This document shows positions 54,918 through 62,887 of a stretch of 64,000 nt of DNA, piece by piece. Source of the stretch: an uncultured Alphaproteobacteria bacterium (GTDB taxonomy: Bacteria; Pseudomonadota; Alphaproteobacteria; CAAHEQ01; UBA3637); the NCBI GenBank assembly GCA_947586835.1, contig CANPXT010000006.1, positions 422 to 64,421 of the forward strand. Reading direction: 5' to 3'. The notes beneath the pieces were generated by a model. It saw only the letters and a list, made by a program, of their open reading frames with translations. It did no database searches and had not been told where the DNA came from. A program made the position numbers and the translations under genes. The stretch's first letter is position 1. Each line of letters starts with the position of its first letter.

Positions 54918-55384
54918 CCGATGAGTAAAGAAGCATTTAAATAAAAGGCAAAAATTGCCCATACGAGTTGCGGAATCAATAATATACCGGCCGTTTTTGA
55001 AACAGGATAAAATGTTTTAATCGTCAACCCCAGAAAAACAATCATTAAAGCAATAATAATTAAGCCGCCGATTATGCTATGTAAAAAGAAAAAGACAAAC
55101 GGCCATAAACCCGCGCAAATAAGTTGTAAGGCAAAATAACGCGGTGAAGCTTTATTCCAGACCAAAAAGGCGGATATACCCATCAGCAGATATAAAATGC
55201 TCCATGCAACACCGAATAAATAATCGGGTGGCGTTAAAGAGGAAAGCGGCAATGATCGATACCAGTTTAGCCGATCCCGCGTAATAAAAAGAGAACTGAC
55301 AAAACAAACCGCATAAACAAACACTAATATAAAAAATAATCGTCCGGCTTTAACGTAAATTGATTCACTTTTTTGACTTGCCAT
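54914..55384 (-). CDS. tspO: TspO/MBR tryptophan-rich sensory protein
   Basis: 156 aa with five TM segments. Motifs W.Y..L..P...PP...F...W..LY..MG and P...W..FA..LN. Confidence 0.85.
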   Translation of the reverse strand: MASQKSESIYVKAGRLFFILVFVYAVCFVSSLFITRDRLNWYRSLPLSSLTPPDYLFGVAWSILYLLMGISAFLVWNKASPRYFALQLICAGLWPFVFFFLHSIIGGLIIIALMIVFLGLTIKTFYPVSKTAGILLIPQLVWAIFAFYLNASLLIG

Positions 55385-56126
55385 TCTTTTCTCCTTTAAA
55401 AATAAGCCATTCCAATTCTTTTTCCAAGGGATAACCGCTTAATGCATGCCCTTCTCCTTTTATTATATGAATTTGAACGTCTTTGGACAAGAGTGCCTCT
55501 TTAATTTTAAACGAATTATCGGGTAAAACAACCGTATCGGCATCTCCATGCACCAAAATTACCGGCCCCGTATAGTTAATTTTACGATTAAGTAACATAT
55601 ACGGCTTAGCCTCTTGAAACATGGCATAAGAAAAGCAATATCCTTTTGTTTCGGCATTCGGACCGATAACATGACCGCTTTTAAGCAACAGCTTAATGTC
55701 AGGCGGTAAAATCTTACGCCAAACACGTTCCAAAAAATCAACACCTGCCGCACAAGTTAAAATTCCTTTAACCTGATTTTGCATTTTTTCAGCCAATAAA
55801 AAGGCTATCCATCCTCCCAAAGAACTGCCGACCAGATAAAGAGGATTGATAATTTTTTCTTTTGCCATAACATCAAGAACATCATTCAAACACCGTTCAA
55901 TACGAAAGTCACTCGGTTGTCCTTCCGATTCACCGTGCGCTGTATAATCTACAGATAAAAATGCCAAATTTTTCTCATTGGCAAATTTCAATAATCGCTT
56001 TCCCTTTTCGCTTTGTCGAGAAGAATTAAGTCCGTGTAAATAAACAAGACAGGGTGTATTTTTCTTTGCACACCATTCATAAACAATTGTCCTGTTTTCG
56101 CGATTTAAAATTTTTTTAATGCTCAT
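55365..56126 (-). CDS. Alpha/beta hydrolase
   Basis: HGLNS, the nucleophile elbow GSSLGG, and HGD.D..V...GEGH. Confidence 0.8.
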   Translation of the reverse strand: MSIKKILNRENRTIVYEWCAKKNTPCLVYLHGLNSSRQSEKGKRLLKFANEKNLAFLSVDYTAHGESEGQPSDFRIERCLNDVLDVMAKEKIINPLYLVGSSLGGWIAFLLAEKMQNQVKGILTCAAGVDFLERVWRKILPPDIKLLLKSGHVIGPNAETKGYCFSYAMFQEAKPYMLLNRKINYTGPVILVHGDADTVVLPDNSFKIKEALLSKDVQIHIIKGEGHALSGYPLEKELEWLIFKGEKNGKSKK

Positions 56127-56173
56127 TTTATTTTATCCTTGCAATTTAAGCATCAATACAGTAGTTTATTTTT

Positions 56174-56926
56174 ATGGAAAATACAAGTAAATTCAAAAAT
56201 ATTTTTAAAACTTTGCTTAAAAATATCGTTAATTATCTGTTTCCGCCTCAATGCCCGTATTGTGAGAAAATTATTGATTCTAAACAACTTTTATGTGATG
56301 AGTGTTATCATAAAATTCATTTTATTCAAGCTCCGAAATGCTATTGGTGTTCCGTTCCTCTGCCGATTGAAACGGATACAGGCGAAAAAATGCTTTGCGC
56401 GAAATGTTTATCCAAGCGTCCGCTTTATGATATGGCGCGCTCGGTATTCGTTTATGATCATTTTTCCCGTTTACTCATTTTAAAATTTAAATATTACGAT
56501 CGAAATGATTTAAGGCATATTCTGGTTCATTATCTTTTAAAAGCCGGCAATGATCTGTTTGATAAAACGGATCTGGTAATTCCTGTTCCCATGTTTTGGC
56601 TTCGTCGATTGAAAAGACAATATAATCAATCATCTGTTTTAGCCGAACTGTTGGCGAAAAAAATTCACAAACCATATTATCCTGATGTTTTATATCGCAC
56701 ACATCATACCGAAACACAAACACATAAAACATCCAAAGAAAGAAAACAAAACTTAAAAGATGCTTTTCAGGCACGCCATGTCGAATTGATTCAAGGGAAA
56801 CGTATTTTGTTAATTGATGATGTCTTAACAACCGGAGCAACAGCCGAATCATGTACAAAAGTATTAAAGAAAAACGGTGCAAAAGCTGTTTATGTTTTAA
56901 CCGTTGCTCGTACAGTTAAAAAATAA
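56174..56926 (+). CDS. comF: ComF-family phosphoribosyltransferase-fold protein
   Basis: N-terminal double CxxC (CPYC...CDEC...CYWC...CAKC) and a C-terminal PRPP loop ILLIDDVLTTGAT. Confidence 0.85.
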   Translation: MENTSKFKNIFKTLLKNIVNYLFPPQCPYCEKIIDSKQLLCDECYHKIHFIQAPKCYWCSVPLPIETDTGEKMLCAKCLSKRPLYDMARSVFVYDHFSRLLILKFKYYDRNDLRHILVHYLLKAGNDLFDKTDLVIPVPMFWLRRLKRQYNQSSVLAELLAKKIHKPYYPDVLYRTHHTETQTHKTSKERKQNLKDAFQARHVELIQGKRILLIDDVLTTGATAESCTKVLKKNGAKAVYVLTVARTVKK

Positions 56927-56935
56927 AAAAAGTTT

Positions 56936-57286
56936 TTAATTTCTGTTAATTATGCGTCGAACTTCACGCGTTACAACATCTTCAACAATTGTCGGCAAAT
57001 GCTCATTTAACCAAGCTTGTAATAAAGGTTTTAATTCTTTTTCGATAATTGTTTTTTCATTCGTGTCTTTATAAATATCCAGTTTTTCCAAAGATGCTTG
57101 TGCTTTAATTGCCGTTTGCGGGGTGACCAACTCTCCTTGCGAAAGTTGCATTTGCGGCGTTAATTCAAATACATCGTCTTGAATCTTTTGGGGAACAGGT
57201 GCTTCCGTATTCAACGTTTCCGCCTCTTTGGAAAGTACTTGTCGAATGGAAGTTAATATATCGGCAATTGTTTGTTCTTCCTGCAT
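56936..57286 (-). CDS. DUF2497 / PopZ-like pole-organising protein (short)
   Basis: The C-terminal block LKPLLQAWLNEHLPTIVEDVVTREVRRI matches my recollection of the conserved PopZ/DUF2497 C-terminus. It is adjacent to tolC, as in many alphaproteobacteria. Confidence 0.55.
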   Translation of the reverse strand: MQEEQTIADILTSIRQVLSKEAETLNTEAPVPQKIQDDVFELTPQMQLSQGELVTPQTAIKAQASLEKLDIYKDTNEKTIIEKELKPLLQAWLNEHLPTIVEDVVTREVRRIINRN

Positions 57287-57296
57287 TTTTCCCCCT

Positions 57297-58658
57297 TTAA
57301 TTCATTCCGAACCATTTATTTTTAACTTCTTCATAATAGGCTTTCGGATTATAAGACGATACATTTAACTTTAATCCTTCCGGATTTAAAGAACCGACGG
57401 CCGACATTAAAGCATAAGCTGATACGATTTCATCCCGATGAACACGAACCAAAGCAACTTGGTTATCTAAATGCTCCTGTTCGGCATCCAACACGTCAAG
57501 AACGGTTCGTGATCCGACTTTTGCTTCTCGAATCACACCATCCAAAGCAATTTTAGAGGCTTTAATCTGCGCTTTAATCGAGTTGATTTGTGCTTTATTC
57601 GAAGTGTAATTTTCCCAAGCGGCAATCGTTTGCGACCTTACGTCTTGTTTAATTTTTGAAAGCAAAATACGATATTGATTTTCGGTTTGTTTAGCCGCTC
57701 GAATATCGGCATATTCGGCACCGGACTGATAAAGCGGAACGGAAATATTTGCCATCACTTCCCATGTATCGTTACGTTTAAACATACTCACGTCATGCTG
57801 TTTTCCGGCACCGGCCGAAACATCAACCGTCGGTGCCAACACACCCTTTTTGGCACTGACGGTATAACCGGCAGCTTGCAACGCATATTCGGCAGCTTTG
57901 ATTTGCGGATTATTGGCTAAAGCCGCATCAATTGCTTCATCCAACGTTTTCGGAAGCGGCAATTTTACTTGATCGCTCACATCATCCATTTTGGAAGCCG
58001 GTTCTAATCCGACCACACTAAAATAATTGGCATTTGAAACTTGTAAAGCTCCTTCGGCTGCAATTTTAGCCGCTTTGGCACCCGATAAACGGGCTTCGGA
58101 TTGAGCAACGTCTGTTCGGGTTAATTCACCCGCTTTGAAACGTTTTTGATAAGAATCCAAATGGCGTGCCAACACTTTTTCATTACTGATTTGCAAATCA
58201 AGAACGGCTTTATCACGAATCACATCCATATAAACGGCAACGGCATCTAACAAAGTGGCTTGCTCGGTATTATATAAATTGGAACGAGCCGATTTTACCT
58301 GTGATTTTGCGGCTTTTACGGAATGATAGGTGGAAAGCCCCGAAAACACCGGTTGAATCAAATTCACCGAAACACCGTTCGGATCTTGATACATTTTTTG
58401 CTTTGTTCCGCCAAAAGCTCTGTCATAAATGCTTTGCGTGTGATTTCGTCCGATATTTCCTTGACCGATAATTGCGGGTCTGTACCCCGATTTGGCTTTG
58501 GCAACGCTTTCATCAATTGCTTTTAACCCTGCCCGCTCGGCATTAACGGTTAAGCTGTTTTCATATGTATAAGATAGAACATCAGAGAGATTTTCAGCCG
58601 TAGCGACGGAAGAAACTGTTGATAAAACAAGAGCTAATAAAGAAATTTTTTTTAACAT
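57297..58658 (-). CDS. tolC: TolC-family outer-membrane channel
   Basis: Signal peptide and two OEP repeats. The length (453 aa) and helical/beta alternation are typical. Confidence 0.88.
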   Translation of the reverse strand: MLKKISLLALVLSTVSSVATAENLSDVLSYTYENSLTVNAERAGLKAIDESVAKAKSGYRPAIIGQGNIGRNHTQSIYDRAFGGTKQKMYQDPNGVSVNLIQPVFSGLSTYHSVKAAKSQVKSARSNLYNTEQATLLDAVAVYMDVIRDKAVLDLQISNEKVLARHLDSYQKRFKAGELTRTDVAQSEARLSGAKAAKIAAEGALQVSNANYFSVVGLEPASKMDDVSDQVKLPLPKTLDEAIDAALANNPQIKAAEYALQAAGYTVSAKKGVLAPTVDVSAGAGKQHDVSMFKRNDTWEVMANISVPLYQSGAEYADIRAAKQTENQYRILLSKIKQDVRSQTIAAWENYTSNKAQINSIKAQIKASKIALDGVIREAKVGSRTVLDVLDAEQEHLDNQVALVRVHRDEIVSAYALMSAVGSLNPEGLKLNVSSYNPKAYYEEVKNKWFGMN

Positions 58659-58777
58659 CGGTTACCTCATTTTGTTTAATGAATATTGCTACTATATACT
58701 ATTTTGAAAAAAATTACAACATTTTTTATTTTTTTCTTGACATATTTTTTATTTTTTTCTAAAAGTATTATGTTCAT

Positions 58778-58852
58778 GGCCGGTTGGCAGAATGGCTTAT
58801 GCAGAGGACTGCAAATCCTTTTATGTCGGTTCGATTCCGGCACCGGCCTCCA
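58778..58852 (+). tRNA. tRNA-Cys (anticodon GCA)
   Basis: Acceptor GGCCGGT pairs with ACCGGCC. Anticodon loop CTGCAAA. Encoded CCA. Confidence 0.9.
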
Positions 58853-58857
58853 AATGT

Positions 58858-58932
58858 TCCAGCGTAGCTCAGTGGTAGAGCAATCGGCTGTTAACCGATC
58901 GGTCGTAGGTTCGAGCCCTACCGCTGGAGCCA
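58858..58932 (+). tRNA. tRNA-Asn (anticodon GTT)
   Basis: Acceptor TCCAGCG pairs with CGCTGGA. Anticodon stem ATCGG/CCGAT with loop CTGTTAA. It starts 5 nt after tRNA-Cys. Confidence 0.9.
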
Positions 58933-58938
58933 TTAAAA

Positions 58939-58969
58939 GAAAGCCTGCTGTTTTCAAGCAGGCTTTTTT
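58939..58969 (+). terminator. Rho-independent terminator after tRNA-Cys/tRNA-Asn
   Basis: Stem AGCCTGC pairs with GCAGGCT, followed by T6. Confidence 0.7.
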
Positions 58970-59164
58970 ATGTTCATTATCTTGTGTATTGATTTAAAAT
59001 CAGCACATTTTTCCATCAATAATTGAGCAGGTTTTAAATTACCGTTATCAATCGGCTATTATTAAAGTTATTTTGCAGTGTTTATTAAAACTTGTGCTCT
59101 ATGCATTAAATGGTTTCTTTTATTATTTCCTTTCTCACTTTATTCTTCTTTCAAACAATATTTC

Positions 59165-60643
59165 TTATCTTTGATTGAGCTTTTTTTGAGAGAGAACGGA
59201 TTCTTGCTGATGTATACTCCGAAGAATTTTTTGATCATTATCTTTTTCTTCCGCACTTAATTTACCTTGCAAAGAGCGATAAATTTTTGAAGCTGATGCG
59301 TATTTAAGCTTCTGATAAATTTTTCTTCTCCAAGAAGTACCGATTTCAGAATGCAAGAATTTTTCACTGCAACTCATTTTCTTTAATGCCAACTGCTCTT
59401 CTTCCGTCAGAGCTTTTTTCATTTGAGCTGTCATTACCGATTGCAACGGATACCATGATTTTAAAAGTTTGGAAATTTCCGTGTATTCCTTGCTATCAGC
59501 ATATGCCAGCGCCGTTTTTCCGTCCTTATCTTCGGTATTTACATCAATTTCAGGCACATTTAACAAAGCCGACACAATTTCCGGATGATTGTTATTTATG
59601 GCAATCATCAGTGCCGTTTTTCCACCTTCATTTCTGGCATTCACATCAATTTCCGGAGCTTTTAACAAAGCTTCCACATTTTTTGTATTACCATACCGCG
59701 CAGCCTGCATTAATGCCGTCCAATGATGTCCGTTTTTGGCATTCACATCAATTTCCGGCACTTTTAATAAGGCTGATACAACTTCCGGATCATTATTTCG
59801 CGCGGCATACTGCAAGGCTGTCATTTTATTATTGCTATTTTGGGTATTTACTTCAATTCCAGGCACTTTTAGTAATTTTATCACAATTTCAGGATTGTTG
59901 TTGCGTGTTGCATACATTAACGCCGTCATATTATTTTTATCTTTCACATTGACGTCAATCCCGGGCATTTTTAAGATCTCTGATACAATAATCTCGGAGT
60001 TATAAGTTGCAGCACGCATTAATTCGGCATTAAGATCAGTTCCCGGAACTTTTAACAAACTCGACACAATTTCCGGATGTTTATAGTCAGCAGCATACGC
60101 CAGCGCCGTATCACCTTTCATATCTTGAATAGCAGCAATTCCCGGCACCTTTAACAAAGCTGATACGATTTCAGAGCTGTTACGAGCGGCAGCCAACATG
60201 AGGGCAGATCTTCCATAGTTATCTTTGGCACCGATAACATCAATTCCCTGTGTTTTTAATAAAGCCGATGCAATTTCCTGATAATTGTTTTTAGCGACAA
60301 TTATTAACGCTTTTCCCTTTTGTGCATTGACATTAACACCCGGCACTTTTAACAATTTCGTCACAATTTCTAAATTATTGTTCGCAACGGCCGTTACCAA
60401 GGCTTTTCCGTTTTGTGCATTAACATTAATGCCCGGCACCTTTAATAATTCCGATAAAATTTCCAAATTATTATTTGCAATAACGGTATTCAACGCCGTA
60501 TTACCGTATATATCTTCTTCGTTAACATCAACACCTTGTCGAATTAAGCTTTTTACCTTTTTTAACTTTCCCTCGCGACAAGCTGTTATCAGTCGAGTAC
60601 TTTTTTCTTCCGGTTTTCTGATATTCATATAATTCATAGGCAT
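59165..60643 (-). CDS. Ankyrin-repeat protein (about 11 regular repeats) with a ~90-aa non-ANK C-terminal domain
   Basis: Repeats have the form ...TAL..AA.NN.PEIVSALLKVPGIDVNA.... The start is AGGAGG-N6-ATG. The C-terminal block is KFLHSEIGTSWRRKIYQKLKY. Confidence 0.85.
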   Translation of the reverse strand: MPMNYMNIRKPEEKSTRLITACREGKLKKVKSLIRQGVDVNEEDIYGNTALNTVIANNNLEILSELLKVPGINVNAQNGKALVTAVANNNLEIVTKLLKVPGVNVNAQKGKALIIVAKNNYQEIASALLKTQGIDVIGAKDNYGRSALMLAAARNSSEIVSALLKVPGIAAIQDMKGDTALAYAADYKHPEIVSSLLKVPGTDLNAELMRAATYNSEIIVSEILKMPGIDVNVKDKNNMTALMYATRNNNPEIVIKLLKVPGIEVNTQNSNNKMTALQYAARNNDPEVVSALLKVPEIDVNAKNGHHWTALMQAARYGNTKNVEALLKAPEIDVNARNEGGKTALMIAINNNHPEIVSALLNVPEIDVNTEDKDGKTALAYADSKEYTEISKLLKSWYPLQSVMTAQMKKALTEEEQLALKKMSCSEKFLHSEIGTSWRRKIYQKLKYASASKIYRSLQGKLSAEEKDNDQKILRSIHQQESVLSQKKLNQR

Positions 60644-60824
60644 TTTTTTCCTCCTGGTTACCTTTAAAATCGTATAAATGATACGTCAATATGTTTATTA
60701 TAACTCAATTTCACATTTTGTCAAGTATTATTTAATTTTTTTAAACGAAAATGTTTTTTTTCTTTTCAATTAAAGAAAATTTATTAAATTAACAAGCACT
60801 TTTATGGCTTTTGCCTATTGTTTT

Positions 60825-61220
60825 TGATGAACATACTGTTGAGATATAATGTATTCATGATAACGTTTTTGATGCAAAATTTTTCGATTGGGTTCTTTTT
60901 CTTCCAAAGTTAATTTTGTTTGAAGACTTTTATAAATCTCCAAAGCTTCTGTATATTTCAGTTTTTGATAAATCTTTCTTCGCCATAAAGTCCCGTTTTC
61001 GGAATGAAGGAATTTTTCATCACAAACGAGTTTCGTTACTGCTTGTTGTTCTTCCTTCGTGAGATTATTTCCCTGCCATGATTTTATCAGTTGAACTACA
61101 CCGCATGATTTTCGTTACACATAAATGTCGTTTAACTTTTTTTAAATGACCTTTTTGCGAGACAACAATCAGCTGCGTATTTTCGTATTGATCTTTTTTA
61201 TTCCAAATATTAAAAAACAT
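60825..61220 (-). pseudogene. Frameshifted, repeat-less paralog of the ankyrin gene (N-cap plus C-terminal domain only)
   Basis: The ATG at 61220 follows AGGAGAA. Frame 1 gives MFFNIWNKKDQYENTQLIVVSQKGHLKKVKRHLCVTK... and stops at 61065. A second frame continues ...SCGVVQLIKSWQGNNLTKEEQQAVTKLVCDEKFLHSENGTLWRRKIYQKLKYTEALEIYKSLQ... to TAG at 60825. Both parts parallel the ends of the 492-aa ANK protein. Removing one A in ACGAAAATC restores the frame. Confidence 0.65.
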
Positions 61221-61310
61221 TCCGTTCTCCTAATGTCTTGGAATGATATATACTGATTATATTTTAAATCCTTCTTTAGTCAAGAATGATTTAATTTATA
61301 TAAACGCTTA

Positions 61311-61589
61311 TTATTCTTCATTAAAACGGGCATTTATTAAGTCAACAAGTGCTTTCATGGCTTCTTGAGCATCACTGCCTTGTGCCGTGAGTATCACTTC
61401 TTCACCCAAGGGAATTCCCAGCATTAAAATTCCCATAATCGACTTTCCCGAAACAGGTATCCCCCCCTCTTTTTGAATGGTAATATCGCTTTGAAACGAA
61501 GAAGCTATTTTCACGAATGCCGCCGTTGCCCGAGCATGCAATCCCTTTAAATTTTGAATACAAATTTTTTGAATCAGCTTTTTTTCCAT
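61311..61589 (-). CDS. HPr-family phosphocarrier (NPr-like)
   Basis: GLHARA (active His) and GKSIMG (regulatory Ser) motifs. Confidence 0.88.
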   Translation of the reverse strand: MEKKLIQKICIQNLKGLHARATAAFVKIASSFQSDITIQKEGGIPVSGKSIMGILMLGIPLGEEVILTAQGSDAQEAMKALVDLINARFNEE

Positions 61590-61595
61590 TATCGA

Positions 61596-61988
61596 TTAAG
61601 CAAGTAAGTTTGAGGCAACATTAATATATTTACGACCGGCTTCCTGCGCCTTTTGAACGGCCACCTGCATCGGCTCAGAACGTTCTTCCGCCAATTTAAT
61701 CAACATGGGAACATTCATACCGGAAATAACTTCAATATTTCTCTCTTCCATTAAAGAAATGGCTAAATTAGAGGGCGTGCCACCAAACATATCCGTTACA
61801 ACGACCACACCGTCACCCGTATCGACGGAAATTGTTTTCTCAAGAATTTCATGGCGCTTTTCTTCCATATCATCCGACATATCGATGCAAACACACGTCA
61901 TGCCGTCGGTATTTCCCACAACATGCTTGACAACCGTTAGCATGGCTTGCGGTAATTCGTTATGTCCGACTAAAACAATTCCTATCAT
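61596..61988 (-). CDS. PTS EIIA component, mannose/fructose family
   Basis: MIGIVLVGH (active His), DMFGGTP. 130 aa. Confidence 0.85.
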   Translation of the reverse strand: MIGIVLVGHNELPQAMLTVVKHVVGNTDGMTCVCIDMSDDMEEKRHEILEKTISVDTGDGVVVVTDMFGGTPSNLAISLMEERNIEVISGMNVPMLIKLAEERSEPMQVAVQKAQEAGRKYINVASNLLA

Positions 61989-62006
61989 TTTTATTCCCTC
62001 CGTTTT

Positions 62007-62453
62007 TTAAAAGGTAACTATCGATACTTCTTTGTTGACAATTTTTATAGCAATAAGCACTTTATTTGTCAAGAAAAAATCGTTTTTCCAAAACGAAAAT
62101 GAAAAAACATCTCTTCCGGCAATTTTTTCATGATGCGATAACAAAAATCGTTCGGGTTTCTCATCCGTCAGATGAATAACGGCTTGAATCGGCGTTTCTT
62201 GAAGTGTCGGCAATCCTTTCACAATTCCAATCCCACGAACTTCAAGCAACCCTTTCAGCAAATCGGGTGCTTTTGCCGTTAATTGATTGTTTTTAATATA
62301 AATATCCGTTCGATCATCGCTAATGAGTGTTGCCCCTTTTTCAATCAGAGACAACACCAATGACGACTTTCCGCTTCCGCTGTTACCGACAATTAAAATG
62401 CCGACATTTTGAAAGTTTACGCAACTTGCAGCAATATTCTGATATTCACGCAT
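62007..62453 (-). CDS. hprK: HPr kinase/phosphorylase, short C-terminal-domain-only form
   Basis: P-loop GNSGSGKSSL and LEVRGIG. At 148 aa it matches the truncated alphaproteobacterial HprK found next to EIIA(Man) and NPr. Confidence 0.8.
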   Translation of the reverse strand: MREYQNIAASCVNFQNVGILIVGNSGSGKSSLVLSLIEKGATLISDDRTDIYIKNNQLTAKAPDLLKGLLEVRGIGIVKGLPTLQETPIQAVIHLTDEKPERFLLSHHEKIAGRDVFSFSFWKNDFFLTNKVLIAIKIVNKEVSIVTF

Positions 62454-62465
62454 ATCATGACAATA

Positions 62466-62542
62466 TGGCGTTCCCGGAGGGAGTCGAACCCACGGCCTCA
62501 GGATTAGGAATCCTACGCTCTATCCTGCTGAGCTACGGGAAC
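62466..62542 (-). tRNA. tRNA-Arg (anticodon CCT)
   Basis: Minus strand reads GTTCCCGTAGCTCAGCAGGATAGAGCGTAGGATTCCTAATCCTGAGGCCGTGGGTTCGACTCCCTCCGGGAACGCCA. There is one T-T mismatch in the T-stem. Confidence 0.8.
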
Positions 62543-62550
62543 CAAGATCC

Positions 62551-62826
62551 CTATTGTTGTTTTTCTTCGCAAGAAAGTAAAAATTCGCAAAACATTCTTA
62601 ACACAACGGCTTCAACCACCACAAAAATCAAACCGATAATGGCTGCCGAAAATGATGTAAACAATGAAACGAGTGAAAATAAAACCGTTAAAGCCAAAAA
62701 TACCAGACAAACAATATAAATGACTTGTACATGTTTTGCCAATTTCGGCGCCAAAATCGGCGTTAAAACCGGTTCTTTCAATTCCAACATTTTCTTTACT
62801 GTTGTTTGCAATTCTTCTTTATTCAT
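62551..62826 (-). CDS. Small hypothetical membrane protein (two TM segments)
   Basis: 91 aa. Hydrophobic stretches VIYIVCLVFLALTVLFSLVSLF and IIGLIFVVVEAVVL. No recognisable motif. Confidence 0.45.
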   Translation of the reverse strand: MNKEELQTTVKKMLELKEPVLTPILAPKLAKHVQVIYIVCLVFLALTVLFSLVSLFTSFSAAIIGLIFVVVEAVVLRMFCEFLLSCEEKQQ

Positions 62827-62887
62827 ATTTCCTCCTTTTATAAAGATTGAACATTATTAATATATCTTGTTTTCCGAAAATAGCAAG

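Noticed and set aside
58676-58997. ORFs of 93 aa (minus strand) and 103 aa (plus strand) overlapping the tRNA-Cys/tRNA-Asn pair.
   Set aside because: They are fully explained by the two tRNA genes and their terminator, and they have no RBS.
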